Assembly (NCBI GenBank): GCA_051294905.1
Contig: CM119376.1
Coordinates: forward strand, 372,001 to 436,000
Reading direction: 5' to 3'
Origin: Botryllus schlosseri
Lineage: Eukaryota
Length of the DNA stretch: 64,000 nucleotides
Part shown: one piece after another, positions 1 to 11,772 of the stretch
Layout of the letters: every line of letters starts with the position of its first letter
Numbering within the stretch: the first letter of the stretch is position 1
Program-made: the position numbers and the translations under genes
Notes under the pieces: generated by a model
The model's database searches: none
What the model saw: only the letters and a program-made list of their open reading frames with translations
Told to the model about the DNA's origin: nothing

Positions 1-126
1 AAGAGTAGCCCCGCCTTCATCTTCGGAATCGGCTTCATCTCCATCAGATCCTAAATCCTGAATAGGATCATCCTGAATGATCCTTTCAAACGCTTCCTCT
101 AACGTCAATAATCCTCGCCTCGCCAT
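1..126 (-). pseudogene. Possible N-terminus of a piggyBac-like transposase running off the window edge
   Basis: Manual translation MARRGLLTLEEAFERIIQDDPIQDLGSDGDEADSEDEGGATL resembles the LTxEE plus acidic N-termini of piggyBac-type transposases; no catalytic motif or TIR seen. Confidence 0.3.
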
Positions 127-1784
127 AATTCAAAGGTAATCGTTCCAGATGCACACACGCAATACGCATGCCATACACGAACAAAGAAATGCCCGTCTCA
201 GATTGCGCAATTCAGATTGTATTCTGATCGATGTCCCGCGACGCCGCGAAGTTATTTGTTGTGGATTGCATCGCGTAGTATAATACAATCACACGAACAA
301 GTTTCTTCCGACTGTATCCACCTGAATGCCGCCAATTACGTGGTATTTTTGCGATATTCATGATCGCTAAAAGCCCATATACGAAAGTCCTATCAGATAC
401 ATAAGGTATTCGTAACGGCACCTCGACTTAGGCTATTCATATGATCAATATGCAGCTGGTTAGGGCGATCAGAAGCGAACATATATTGGACGATGTAGTA
501 GATGTCTCAAAGTCCAAACGTCGTTGAACACCGTGGTTGACAGATATTTATCTACTATTCTAAAAACACTTTTGTATAATTCATACCAAATTTACAATAT
601 CTTTCAAGGTATTGTTAGACATGTATCTGAGAGGATTATACAAATAAACATCATGCGATTCCTTATCACGACGAGAATGGAAGATCTATCGGTTGTATTG
701 ACTTGTTCGAATAGGAATATGCTGCTCGTTTCCACGATTTATTGCACGAAGTTTGTTGTTGAATTTGGACATCTTGCACATAAATTATATAGATATTATT
801 GATGTTTGTGAGCACGTAAGAACAATACCAATTCATATAAACAAACCACACGCCTGTATTATAGGTAGATCTGAAGATATAACGCCTGATGGGACAAGTA
901 TTCAAAATTACATGTGCAGTAACATCGGAATTTTATTTTTCCGTCTTCGACATCTTCTGTAATCGCAAAATGAATATATATTAGCAATAAATAGGTGTTT
1001 CTGAAAGCTTGTGAATGAGAGCTATACATAGCAAAAAACCGTGAGTGTCTGTGACGAATACAGCGGAAGAAATCACGATTTATCCGAGACGATATGCAAC
1101 AATACGCTCAATGTCGAAAAATAGACACGCCGGTGCCAAACGGTTAATGTTGCTTTCCGTTTGCTTGTTTTTTAGAATTGAATCGTTGCACTTCCAAGTT
1201 CCTCTTCCCCATCTATCTTGTGAGTGATTCTCTATGCTTATTTCCATGAGGTGAGTATGATCCGATAATGGGTTAATCTTGTAGACGCATCTGGCTATAT
1301 CTTTTGTGAGGGTGTTTGTGGCATAGGCGTTATCTATCCGCCTTTGCTGGCTTCCTGTTGTTTTTGTGAACATTCTTCTGTGTGGATTTCTCCATCGAAA
1401 AATATCCTGATATTCGTTCACACTGATGAAGTCTTTCCATATGTCACCCACTGCTGTGTTTTTGAAGTTGTGGTTCATTTTTGCGTCTAATTCATTTATT
1501 AGGAAGTTGTAGTCTCCAATTAGTAATGTGCGTACTCCAGCTTTGGTTCATTTTCGTATCAGTTCTTTGTAAAAGTCTGTTGTTTGTTTTGATACCCCTG
1601 GAGGGGCGTATATATTCCAGATTTCCAATTTTTCTTCATTATTTTGTAGTACCAGTCTCTGTGCTCTATTCCTAATTACTGTTTCTTCTGTAATGTTGAA
1701 ATCTTTCCTCAGTGTGGACTTCATCAATAACCCTGATAGTAGTTCTTATTTTGTTGGGTATTGTCTAGCCAGATGTCATCTACA

Positions 1785-2205
1785 CAGTGGTGGCTTTTGG
1801 GGTGGGCGAGGTGGGCGGTCGCCCGGGGCCCTCCCTATTTGGATTTTGCGTTTTTTTTCAAGGAGAATGACGAATAAACATGGAAATCCGTGTATCAAGC
1901 AAGAATATGATTCCGTACAGATGTGTCAATCATCATCAAATCACTGCATTTGTTAGGAAAGTCCCGTATCCCGATAATCATCACGTCTCTGCATGCGGTA
2001 GAATTACTTAGTTTTGATGTAGTCTATCCTTGCACACATGCAAAACAGACATGGCCGAATCCAGGACCTGGGCAAACCTTTTGCGGCTGTGAAAGATAGA
2101 TAATAATAACCGATGCGGAAGGGGGTCTGGTTACGGATAGATACTTATAGGGGGCCCCCGGTAAGTCTCGCCCAGGGCCCCCCCCCGTTCGTAGGGCCAC
2201 CACTG
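1785..2205. mobile_element. hAT-type MITE inserted in the E1 endonuclease
   Basis: TIR CAGTGGTGGC...GCCACCACTG; 8-bp TSD catctaca/catctacg; APE reading frame resumes on both sides. Confidence 0.85.
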
Positions 2206-2507
2206 CATCTACGCCCAAGCAGTTCGGGTATACCTCATAGTCGTTGTTCCTACCCTACAATTCAATTTTATTCTTATCAATTCTATGGACTTCTTGGAAG
2301 CAATAGAATTCTTTATATTTAGTTATCAAATTTGTTGCACTAGCCCAATTCCGCATCAAACCGTTGATATTCACTGACATTATCTTTTTCATTTTGGATT
2401 ATTGTTTGGAGTTTTATTTTTATTCCTCTTCTTGCTGTCTACTCTTTGATTTCCTATTGAACTCTTTTTCCTCTTTTCTGATCTGCCACTGACTGTTTTG
2501 AAGCCAT

Positions 2508-3485
2508 CTACGTCTTTATCGGATGTGTCCGATTGTCCGATTGCTTGTTTTCTTCTACGTTATTTTCATTGGTGTTCTCATATTCTCCTTCCTCTTCCGG
2601 ATCAGAATCGGATAGGTTCAGCTCTTCAGCTACTTCTAGTATTTTTTGGAATATTTCGTTCTGATCATTTTGTTTCTCTTCCTGTCTTTCTGATTGAACA
2701 TCAGAGGACTGGTTCTTTGTTTGTTCTTGCTTTTTATTTGTTATTTCCCTGGCGCCTTCGATCGCTGGGAATTCTTCCTTTAATGTCTCACAATCGGTTC
2801 TATTGTCCCCTGTTTCTCTGCAGTGGCTACAGAACACTATCTTGCAGGCCGCAGCCAGGTGACCTGGATGACATTTGTGGCATTTCTTTTCTGCTATTGG
2901 CTCTTTCTCGATCGTTGGCGTGAATACCTTACAGGTTGCGCCGTCGATTCGGATAAAAGCCGGTAGCCTTCCAGGTAAGCATTCAGCTATGGCGACTGAT
3001 CTGAAGCCATTATGTAGGTTTGTGCCTCTGTGGTACATCTTTCGTATTCCTACGATGTTCCCAGCTTTGTACTGATCTATAGCTTTCGCTACTGTTTGAT
3101 TGTTTGCCTCAGAGGGCACCTCTCTGATGTTAACGTATGTCGGATGTTTTCTGGGCGCCTGTAGCAGGTATTTCTTTCCGTAAAAGTGGAATTCACCTCC
3201 TACTGCTAGTAGCGCGTTTTTGGACTCTTCGCTTACCATAGTTTGGTTGAAGGTTTCCACCATAATTAGGTTGAAGGTTTCTTGCCCTATCTGGAAAGCG
3301 GCTTCCAGGTTACCTCTATGCTCTCTCATCGTCGCTTGTTTATCAAATATGTCTATGACATCTTTGATGGTAATCGTTTCATCTCCTATCAGGTCGATTG
3401 AGAGTAGTCTACGACCGTGCATTCGGGGAAGTTCCTGAAGTTCTATCCTGTTTCCAGGTTCTTCAGTCTCAGATCCGCTGCACAA
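2508..3485 (-). CDS. E1 ORF1 (gag-like nucleic-acid-binding protein)
   Basis: 325-aa ORF with Tx1-type VNIREVP...NLHNGFRSV region and degenerate knuckles CHKCHPGHLAAAC and CSHCRETGDNRTDC. Confidence 0.8.
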   Translation of the reverse strand: MCSGSETEEPGNRIELQELPRMHGRRLLSIDLIGDETITIKDVIDIFDKQATMREHRGNLEAAFQIGQETFNLIMVETFNQTMVSEESKNALLAVGGEFHFYGKKYLLQAPRKHPTYVNIREVPSEANNQTVAKAIDQYKAGNIVGIRKMYHRGTNLHNGFRSVAIAECLPGRLPAFIRIDGATCKVFTPTIEKEPIAEKKCHKCHPGHLAAACKIVFCSHCRETGDNRTDCETLKEEFPAIEGAREITNKKQEQTKNQSSDVQSERQEEKQNDQNEIFQKILEVAEELNLSDSDPEEEGEYENTNENNVEENKQSDNRTHPIKT

Positions 3486-4568
3486 CGTCCAGGACGAACT
3501 GCAGAGTGCGGCTCTGAGGTATACGTGTGATCATTTTTTTCTTCTTTTCTGAAGCTCAGTTGTTGCCAATGTCTATGTCATGCTCAACTCAGGAGCAGGA
3601 GACATGCATGTTGCACTTTCGTTTCACTCCTGTTTTAGCAGGCTTGTATATTGGCAAGTTTCGTCATTGCTTCTCAATTGCATTTATTTATTCAATAAAT
3701 TAAAAGCCGATTAGTCCTATCACCAGATTCGTGTTACATAGCATTGTCAGGGTTGATATTAATTAGCCTAGTTAACGAAATACGTGATATAGACAGGATT
3801 GAAAATGTTTTTAGGAAACTCTTAGAGTAGGTCTTTCAGGGAGGAGAGCACCATGGGTAGAGGGTTCCTGGTAACTCCAAATCTCGCTTTTGCTGTACAC
3901 AGGTGGCTTTGTACGTTCTGGTTTCATATTCCTTTGGGTCTTCTTCCATCTTGTTTTCAATATCCAGTTTGATTCTGTGTTTTATGACTTTTTCTTTGTA
4001 AATGGTTATGATGAATTGAGTTGCTAGGTCAATTTTGTTCCAGTTCTTTTCGTGAAGAGAGTTTCTGTCTAGTCGCATGTTTGCTTTTCTCGATTCTGTC
4101 AGGATTGTTGATGCTTGTCCAGGATTCGGCGTGCGGATGGGCAGGTGTACAAGATGTGGTAATGTCTTTGTAGTGTTTACATAGTCTGCACACAGTTAGA
4201 GCGCACCTGCCTGTTCTATGTAGCGCACCTGCCTGTTCTGTGTCTCAGGAAACCCATCGCTCTTCGTTTCCAACCGAAAAGATAGCCATCTCTCACTACA
4301 CGGTACGTTGTTATTCTCTTTATTTTTTATCAATGACGCTAGGTATTTGTTCTTCATCTGAATAGAATTCCATTTTATTTCCAGGTCATCCTCTTGGTCC
4401 ATATTTTCGTGTTTTTTTTTAAACTTCCATGTATATATCCTTTAGACTGGCAGAGTGCCAATCCTCGATAACCCATTGTAGCTTTTCAGCGTTTTCGATG
4501 TTACACCTCCATGTTTTTGTGAGGAAAGGTTGGTGGGGTGTATTGTTCAGTAGGGGTCTCAGCTTTTC

Positions 4569-4712
4569 CGTGGCCACTTACTGGCCACAGATTTTTCTGT
4601 GGCCGGCCACGAAAATCTCGTGGCCGGCCATGGAAAAGCGGTATTTCGTGGCCGGCCACAGCGTATTTTATGGCCGGCCATACTGATTGATCGTGGCCGG
4701 CCACAAGTTCGT
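4569..4712. repeat. Left subterminal array of (A/G)TGGCCGGCCA(T/C) palindromic motifs
   Basis: Five GGCCGGCC copies plus partial ones, with variable spacers. Confidence 0.85.
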
Positions 4713-5599
4713 GGCCAGTTAATGATTTTTGAATATTGTATTGAAGTTATATATATATATATATCGACTTTCAATTAAATAAAAGGGCAAAAGAAAACAG
4801 GAAACAAAAGAACATCAAGATAACATTGAAGTTTGGTACCTCCAAGAAGCTCTTTAATGATTTTTGCTCATTGATTGAATCTGTCCTCTTTCAATCACTG
4901 TGACTACCTGAAGCAGATCACTTCTCTTTGCACTGCGTCGGTTTGGTTTGTGAACTATAATTACACTAATATCGCCAGTTATGAAATTATATTACTAAGC
5001 CTATACTACTTGATGTCGTCGGAAAGGGTCTAAGATTTCAACGGCTCGACACATATTTACCCTTTTTCTGCATGAGTTGTAGAAATGTGTTTTATCGTCT
5101 CTGACTATCAGGTGAGGTGCGACCTAGTACTAACACCCAAACAGAAATTCCTTAAACCGTCCTGTATACTTGTCCACTTGTTTTGAAATCATCCTGCTTT
5201 GCTTCAGAAAGTTCGTTTCTATACCAGTTTCATATAATGGAGAGTAAATGAAATCTCAATTACGAACTGCCAGCCGCACGCCCACCCATCGCTAAAACGT
5301 CTTTTAGTGGAACTATCTCGGATTATCACCGCACTGACGTATTATAGGCCTACACCGAATCAATTATTATACAAACGACTTGTTTTTATTAGTCTGATAC
5401 ACAGATTAACGAATCAAGAAAACCAGTAGAATGTATTTCGAGGCATTAGCGGACGCGTCTCCTCTGCAATACGTCCTTTTCTGTGGTAAAAGTAACTATA
5501 TATGAATAACTGAAATGTCAAACCTAATAATATTATACGAATATACCATTAAAATCTAAAAGCATGTTCCCGAATGGCTGACGATATTGACGGCAACAC

Positions 5600-6690
5600 T
5601 CAGTGCTCGCAGAAAAGTCGAATTCTTCGTCACCATTCAGAAAGTTTTCGGCAAACTGAAATAGCAATTGTGATTACAGAAGAAGAGTCTTTTGAAATTC
5701 TGAGATACCTTCAATACCAAGACCCCGCAGTTGCAAGCCCTTCTGTTGAATATATGATACCTGGATACGATGAATATATGATACCTGGATACGATTTTCC
5801 ACTCAGTGGCAGAACTATTTGTATGGTAGTTCCAGAAGTCCCTGGGAGCATAGAGATATGCAGGGTGTCGGCAATAAGTAATATCCTACTATAGTCAGTT
5901 ACTCACTTCCAATTACGTCCCAAGCGTCTTCGGTATCCTCATTGCTCATGGGGTCGTACAAGTAGAGCGTTTTTGAATTTAGGCTAGTCGCCTGCCGAAT
6001 ACATTTGATTATTAACACACCAATAAGTCTTAAGGCCGCTAGTCGCTTCCTTGTGGGGCATTAATCATATTTCCTTTTTCCTTGGTGTGACGGATGAATC
6101 TATCTACCGATCTATTATCGGCCTATCTATCCAGTTACCTGAAGTCGAGGTAGATGCAAGTATCGTTCAAGAATTGTTCTCATAATCAAGTCCAACCAGT
6201 AAAATCCAATGATTGACGACATGCAACGCTCTGACGAAGGCTTAAGTCAACGATTGATGAATCTGGATTCCGTATCGATTAATCCGAAAAAGAAAAAAAA
6301 TTCTATCTAATCTATCTATCTAATTGTTGATTACGTACCAACTTCTTGTGACACGATCCACGGTATCTACCATCCCACCACCACAACGTGGAGTACTGGC
6401 AATTCAAGTATATCTCCCTGTTATCTGTCTGAATTGAACATAACTATAGATTAACTTGCGCCTTAATGGACATGCATTACCACTATAGTTACCCTCACAC
6501 AAAGTGCCATCATCACAGCATTGATTATCTAAATGTTGAAACAAAATTTATCGTAAGGACATCTTAGTATGCCTCTAAAAACTGCCCTTATAACCTGATC
6601 GTCCAGCCATTTCTGTCCGGAAAGTAGGCGCATAGTCTTTGTATCCAAAGCCGTATTCCCTATAACTGCTTCTATTCTGTTGGAATGGTC
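5600..6690 (-). pseudogene. Spliced Ulp1/SENP-family (peptidase C48) cysteine protease, probably decayed
   Basis: Exon pieces in correct order: KWLDDQ|IINAVMMALC (GT donor at 6594, AG acceptor at 6529-6530), NHWILLV (His, near 6206-6211), TLYLYDPM (Asp, near 5950), CNCGVLVLK (Cys, near 5715). Confidence 0.72.
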
Positions 6691-8811
6691 AGATAACCAC
6701 AGATTTTGGATATCTACAAAGGAGAAGTACTTGACCTGCAAAACCCAATAATGTCGCTTTCGAATCAAGCTAAGTTTTAATTCTACTGGAAACATAAAAT
6801 TGCATCAAAATCATATATGCCTGTAACATGACAACAATATAGTATCTTAATAACTGAGAACTTAACTGGTGGCTCAATAGCTCCTTCGTCACAGGGAGGA
6901 TTAAGACCGTCTTGATAAAAATTGAAAAAACACATTATGTTGAAATACATTGGAGCAGAAGACAAATTACCAGAAGTTAAATTCACTCCATCAATACCAA
7001 CTCGATTACACTAAACCTTATCACGGCCCTTGACTTCATAAACTTTTGTGGACTTTCAAGATATAAATGCTCAGTTATAAAACTAAATACCGGAAAACTC
7101 GGCTGGTGTAGCAACCGGTTCATCATATGTCATACTGGATGCTCCTTGCGAAAGATAAAGCGGTAGTTGTAGATAAAACTGCCCATTCATAATACTAAAT
7201 ACCTGAGAACTAGGCCGGTGTAGCAACTGGTTCATCACATGTCATACTGGATGCTCCTTGTGAAAAATAAAGTGGTAGTTGTTGAGAGGGAATCACAATT
7301 ACCCAATTTTATATGGATGAGTGAGACTATCAAAATGTCTAATCACACAATTACCACGACATGAATACTTATCTGGAATTGCTGCACAATCCATATGCAC
7401 ATTGCACATCCTATATTGCAGAAAATATCATATCAGGATGGGGGAAGCACCGGCCACAGCGAGCTGTTCTGTGGCCGGCCACAGAATGTTGGGTGAATTT
7501 CATAGCTTTCATGGAATTTATCGAATATATTCCATATAGGCTACTTGGTTCTTTGGTTCCATAATTGTGTCTTTCGGGTACGGTCATTACAAGAGTTAGG
7601 GCCAAGAATAAGAAAATTAAAACAACTGGTAAACTGACCACACATAGGCCTACCGTTCGGTCACGTCTCTAGATGAAGCATTCAAGGTTGTATCATAGCC
7701 TTTATAAAGGCTATGGTAGTATAGTTCAGTCTGGTCAAGTACAAGTAGAACAGATTTGCAGTGAATGAATGTGAATTGCCGCTACAGTACTCATAAATAC
7801 AATAAGATTCATAAATTTGTTGGTATAATTCACGAGAAATTCGAATTTCACCTTACATTTTCCGACTATATGAATATTAACCTCAGATCTTAGATTCATC
7901 ATCATCATCACCATCACCATCATCATGGTGGGAAAAGAAGGATCTTATCAGCCTCAAATTATTAAAAACCGCAGCCATTCAGCTCTGCAAAAGATAACTT
8001 ACTGTATTTACTATGTAATCGTTTGCAATTACATATCCTACCGTTTGAAAGAGATATCAGATCGGGGGAAGCACCGGCCACAGCGAGCTGCTCTGTGGCC
8101 GGCCACAGAATGTTATGTGGATTTCATAGTTTTTCTGGAACTTATGGAGGTTTTATCATATCTACATTCTATAAAATGTTCTTTCCATTCTCTACTAGTT
8201 GTTGACGATCACCCCTGACTAGCGTCAGACGAAATGAATCGGATTTATCCCACTGTGAACACATCATTCAAATCACTGAAATCAATACTTAGCCAATAGC
8301 ACCGTTTTAAGATTTTGGGGTCAAAATTTGGACACAACGGCTGAAAGATGCCTTGCCATTATCACTTCAGTATCAGTTTATATATAATTTTATCATTTCA
8401 AAACACCACAAAAACTGCGATACAATGAAAAGATAAGAAGGTGCCGAAACGACTTGGAGTAGTCTTTGAGATCAGACACCCACCTTGTTCTAGGCCTAGG
8501 TGTATCGCTTTTATGCTATGTAGTTTTGTATTTCATTTAGCGTGCGCTTATCTTTTTAATAGGCCGATCATTTGATTGATAGACTTTTCCAAGTCGTTGC
8601 GACTCCTTCATTTAATTTCATTGCATTGTATTGTAATTTGTCTGGTATTTTACTAATAAACTGACCAAAACATTCTCGCTTACATCTGTTGCTATCGACT
8701 GTACATGTACGTACAGTAAGTACACCCGTAACAGTACATAAATGATCATATGATTGACCACGATTGGGTCTCGTATAGTACTTATATCATCAATACTAAC
8801 TTGATATATTG

Positions 8812-9040
8812 CAGCCGGCCATGAAATTTGGCTATGGCCGGCCATGAAATTTAGTCATGGCCGGCCATGAGAATGAGTTTGACATGGCCGGCCATGGGAA
8901 TTTCATGGCCGGCCATACCGAAATTTCATGGCCGGCCATGAAAATCAACATGGCCGGCCATGGAATAGCACTTTTCATGGCCGGCCACGGAATATCTGTG
9001 GCCGGCCACGAAATTATCCGTGTCCAGTAAGTGGCCACGG
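8812..9040. repeat. Right subterminal array of ATGGCCGGCCAT palindromic motifs
   Basis: About nine GGCCGGCC copies at roughly 20-26 bp spacing next to the right TIR. Confidence 0.85.
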
Positions 9041-11772
9041 GAATGCTGAAAGTCCGTCTCGTATTGTTTGTGTATAGGTTTTCGTTCCACTTTTTGATGG
9101 AAGGTCCTATTTCATATAGAGCGTGGAAGTGCCAGTATTCGGTAGGGTGATCAAGCCTTGATAGTATTGCGATCTTTTCCAGCTCACAGGCCTTCAGTCT
9201 GAAGGATGTTTAGTCCTCCATCTCCGTCTTTCTGAATCAGTTTACTTCTGGGTATGATCTCGATTTTTTCGGGGGCCCAGAGATATTCGAAGATGGTTCT
9301 GGTTATCTCTGCTTCGGTTTGCGGGGTCGGCAGGCTGGTCCTGGCAAAGAACGTTATGATCGATGTTATGTGTGTATTGATTATGTTCCTCTTACCAAGC
9401 CATGTGAGGTTTCGGTGTTTATTGCCGAATAGTTTTTTTTTGTATTTTCTTAGCTATCTCAATCCATGTGGCTTCCTGTTGTTCTTTACCGAAGTGTTGC
9501 CCTAGCACCTTGATGCTCTCTTTGATGTTGTCTCGGAATTTCTGTGCTCTTCTACAATCCGTCATTTTACCGATGCATAGTATTTTCGTTTTTTCTTTAT
9601 TCAGTTTTTGTCCGGTCGCATTTTCTAGGCAGGTGAATTCATCTAATGTTTCTTCTATTGATTTGAGGTCTGTTGTGATGATTGTTACATCATCCGCGTA
9701 TTGTTGAATTTTCATGATGTGTGGTCCAATTTTGCATCCTTGTACATTTTTATTTTCCACGATACTGAGCATCAGTGGTTCTGCTGTGATTGTGTATAGA
9801 TATGCATGTGCATAGATAGTGGGCAGCCTTGTCGTAATCCTCTTTCGAGTGGGATTTCTTCCGTTAGATGACCGTTTACTTCGATGCGGCTTTTTGAGTT
9901 GCTGTATAGCGTTTTGACGAGGTTTATTATCCGTACACCAAAGTTGAATTTATCAAGGATCTTAAACATGTAGGTGTGTGGTACCCGATCAAAAGCCTTC
10001 TCCTGATCGAAGTTTGCGATGATAATGGGCCTTTCCTTCATCTTGTGGTAGTCAGTTGCTGACTTGATGTTTCTCAAGATATCTGACATCTGTCTCCCTG
10101 GCACCGCACATTTTTGCTGTGGGGATATGAGCTGCTCTAGGTGTAGCTTGAGTCTGTTTGCCACTATCCTCATTAGGAGTTTATAGTCCACGTTGGTCAG
10201 GGAGATCGGTCTCCAGTTTTTCATTTCTGCAGGATCTCTTTTCTGGAATATTAGGCTGACTACTGAGTCGCTCCATGATTTTGCGATGCTGTTGAAGAGA
10301 AGGGCGTTGTTGAAGAGTTGAACGAGATCATCTTTCAACAGATGGTAGAACGATACGTAGAATTCAGCTGAGAGGCCAGGCCGTCCGGGCCTGGGGCGTG
10401 GTTGTTCTTTTGATCTTGAAGAGCGTATTTGATTTCCTCCTCTGAGATGGCAAGATCTTGCTGCTGCCTATCCTCATCATGGAGAGTTCGTGGTATAGTT
10501 CGTATCGTATTCGTGTTGTAGGGTTTCATCAAAGCTATTCTGGGTGATCCATAGGTCTTTGTAGAAGCGCTGTATGTTTTCAATTATCTCTTCTTTTCAG
10601 TTACTGCGCCTGAATCGGTTTTCACAGTCTTGTAATCGTTTTCTTTAGCTTTTTTATTTTTAGCTTTTCGAAGAAGCGATGCGTTGATTTTTCTCCTTCA
10701 TCCAATTCCTCTTTATAGAGTAGTTTCATGTGGAGGTTTGTCTTTTCTTTTTCAATGTTTGTCAGTGTTTTTAAAATGTTTTCTCCTTTCTTGGGGCTGT
10801 ATATTTTCTTTCTCTAACCTCTTGTTTAGGTTGGATTGATGTTCTTGTTTTCATTTTCTTTCAGCTATCCCGAAGGAGATGGAGGCTTTATTCATTTTCT
10901 TTTTAAAATCATCCCACCATAGAGCGTGGGTGGGATATTCGTATTTTCTTATGGTGAACTGGTTGTTTATGTTTTCGAGTTCAGCTTGGAAGTTTTTATC
11001 TTCAAAATGGGAGGTATTATTTTTCCAGGAGCCCATTCCCCATTTGGCTTGGAGTATGGGTTTTATATCGAGCTTTTCGTAGTAGATGTGGTCCGAGATC
11101 GTATTTATTTTATATGTCGCCGAGGTTGTGTGAAGTGCTATATCTTTGCTGACTTATATTCTGTCGATCCTTCGGGAGTTAAGTCGAGCGTTGCTCGTAA
11201 ATATCCTTTTGGATGGGTTTCTCCATCTAAAGATATCTACTAGATTATACTGATCTACGTAGGCTTTCCATGTTTGGGCAGCTTTAACTAGCTTGAAGAT
11301 GTTCGTCTGTGTTTCCCTGTCTCGACTGTCAGTTATCATGTTAAAGTCCCCACCAACAATGGTGGGGCCGTTGAATTCTCTGAGTTGTAGTACTAGCTCC
11401 ATGAAGAAAGTGTTTTGAGTTTCGCGCCCAGATGGAGGGGCGTAGACGTTCACTATAATTAGTGGTTCTTCGTTTTCATCTGTTTTTATTTTGACTAGTT
11501 GGGCTCGATCTTGGATGAGGATTTCATGTTCGATGGTTCGGTTCTCCACTATTTCTTGTTTCAGTAGGATTGCTGTTCCTTTGTAGTATCTTCCTTTTTG
11601 GTTGTCATTTCTTGTTTCATTATTGGACAGGAAGTTTTTGTAGTGAGTGTATCCGTTTTTGGTTGCCCAGGACGCTAATTTATGATCATCTAGTCTGTGC
11701 ATTTCTTTTAGACAGTAGATGTCGGCATTGGTTTGGGTGACGAAGTGGGCGAGTTCATGCCATTCACATTAA

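Larger units (their letters stand above)
1135..3680 (-). mobile_element. Tx1/L1 non-LTR retrotransposon E1 (5' UTR, ORF1, APE part of ORF2; 3' part lost)
   Basis: ORF1 with zinc knuckles, then APE start MKKIMSVNING (ATG at 2392) and APE motifs GDYN, RRID, SDH, WGRGTWKCND. Confidence 0.85.
4548..9060. mobile_element. 4.5-kb non-autonomous TIR DNA transposon carrying a Ulp1 protease gene (Zisupton-like; hAT not excluded)
   Basis: 8-bp TSD gtattgtt at 4540-4547 and 9061-9068; imperfect TIRs sharing tcagc..ccgtggccacttactgg; E2 ORF2 is continuous across the insertion; no transposase recognised. Confidence 0.8.

Noticed and set aside
480-1130. Unassigned AT-rich region with short ORFs
   Set aside because: No recognisable motif, TIR or TSD; left unannotated.
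5574-5894. Plus-strand 106-aa ORF from the ORF track
   Set aside because: It is antisense to the Ulp1 catalytic-Cys exon and contains a 24-bp tandem duplication; treated as a shadow ORF.
7735-7926. ORF starting with poly-Met
   Set aside because: Artefact of a (CAT)n microsatellite.
4569-9040. GGCCGGCC repeat-spacer arrays resembling CRISPR
   Set aside because: Repeats are only 8-12 bp, spacers are short and related, they lie next to TIRs in a eukaryotic context and there are no cas genes; they are subterminal transposon repeats.
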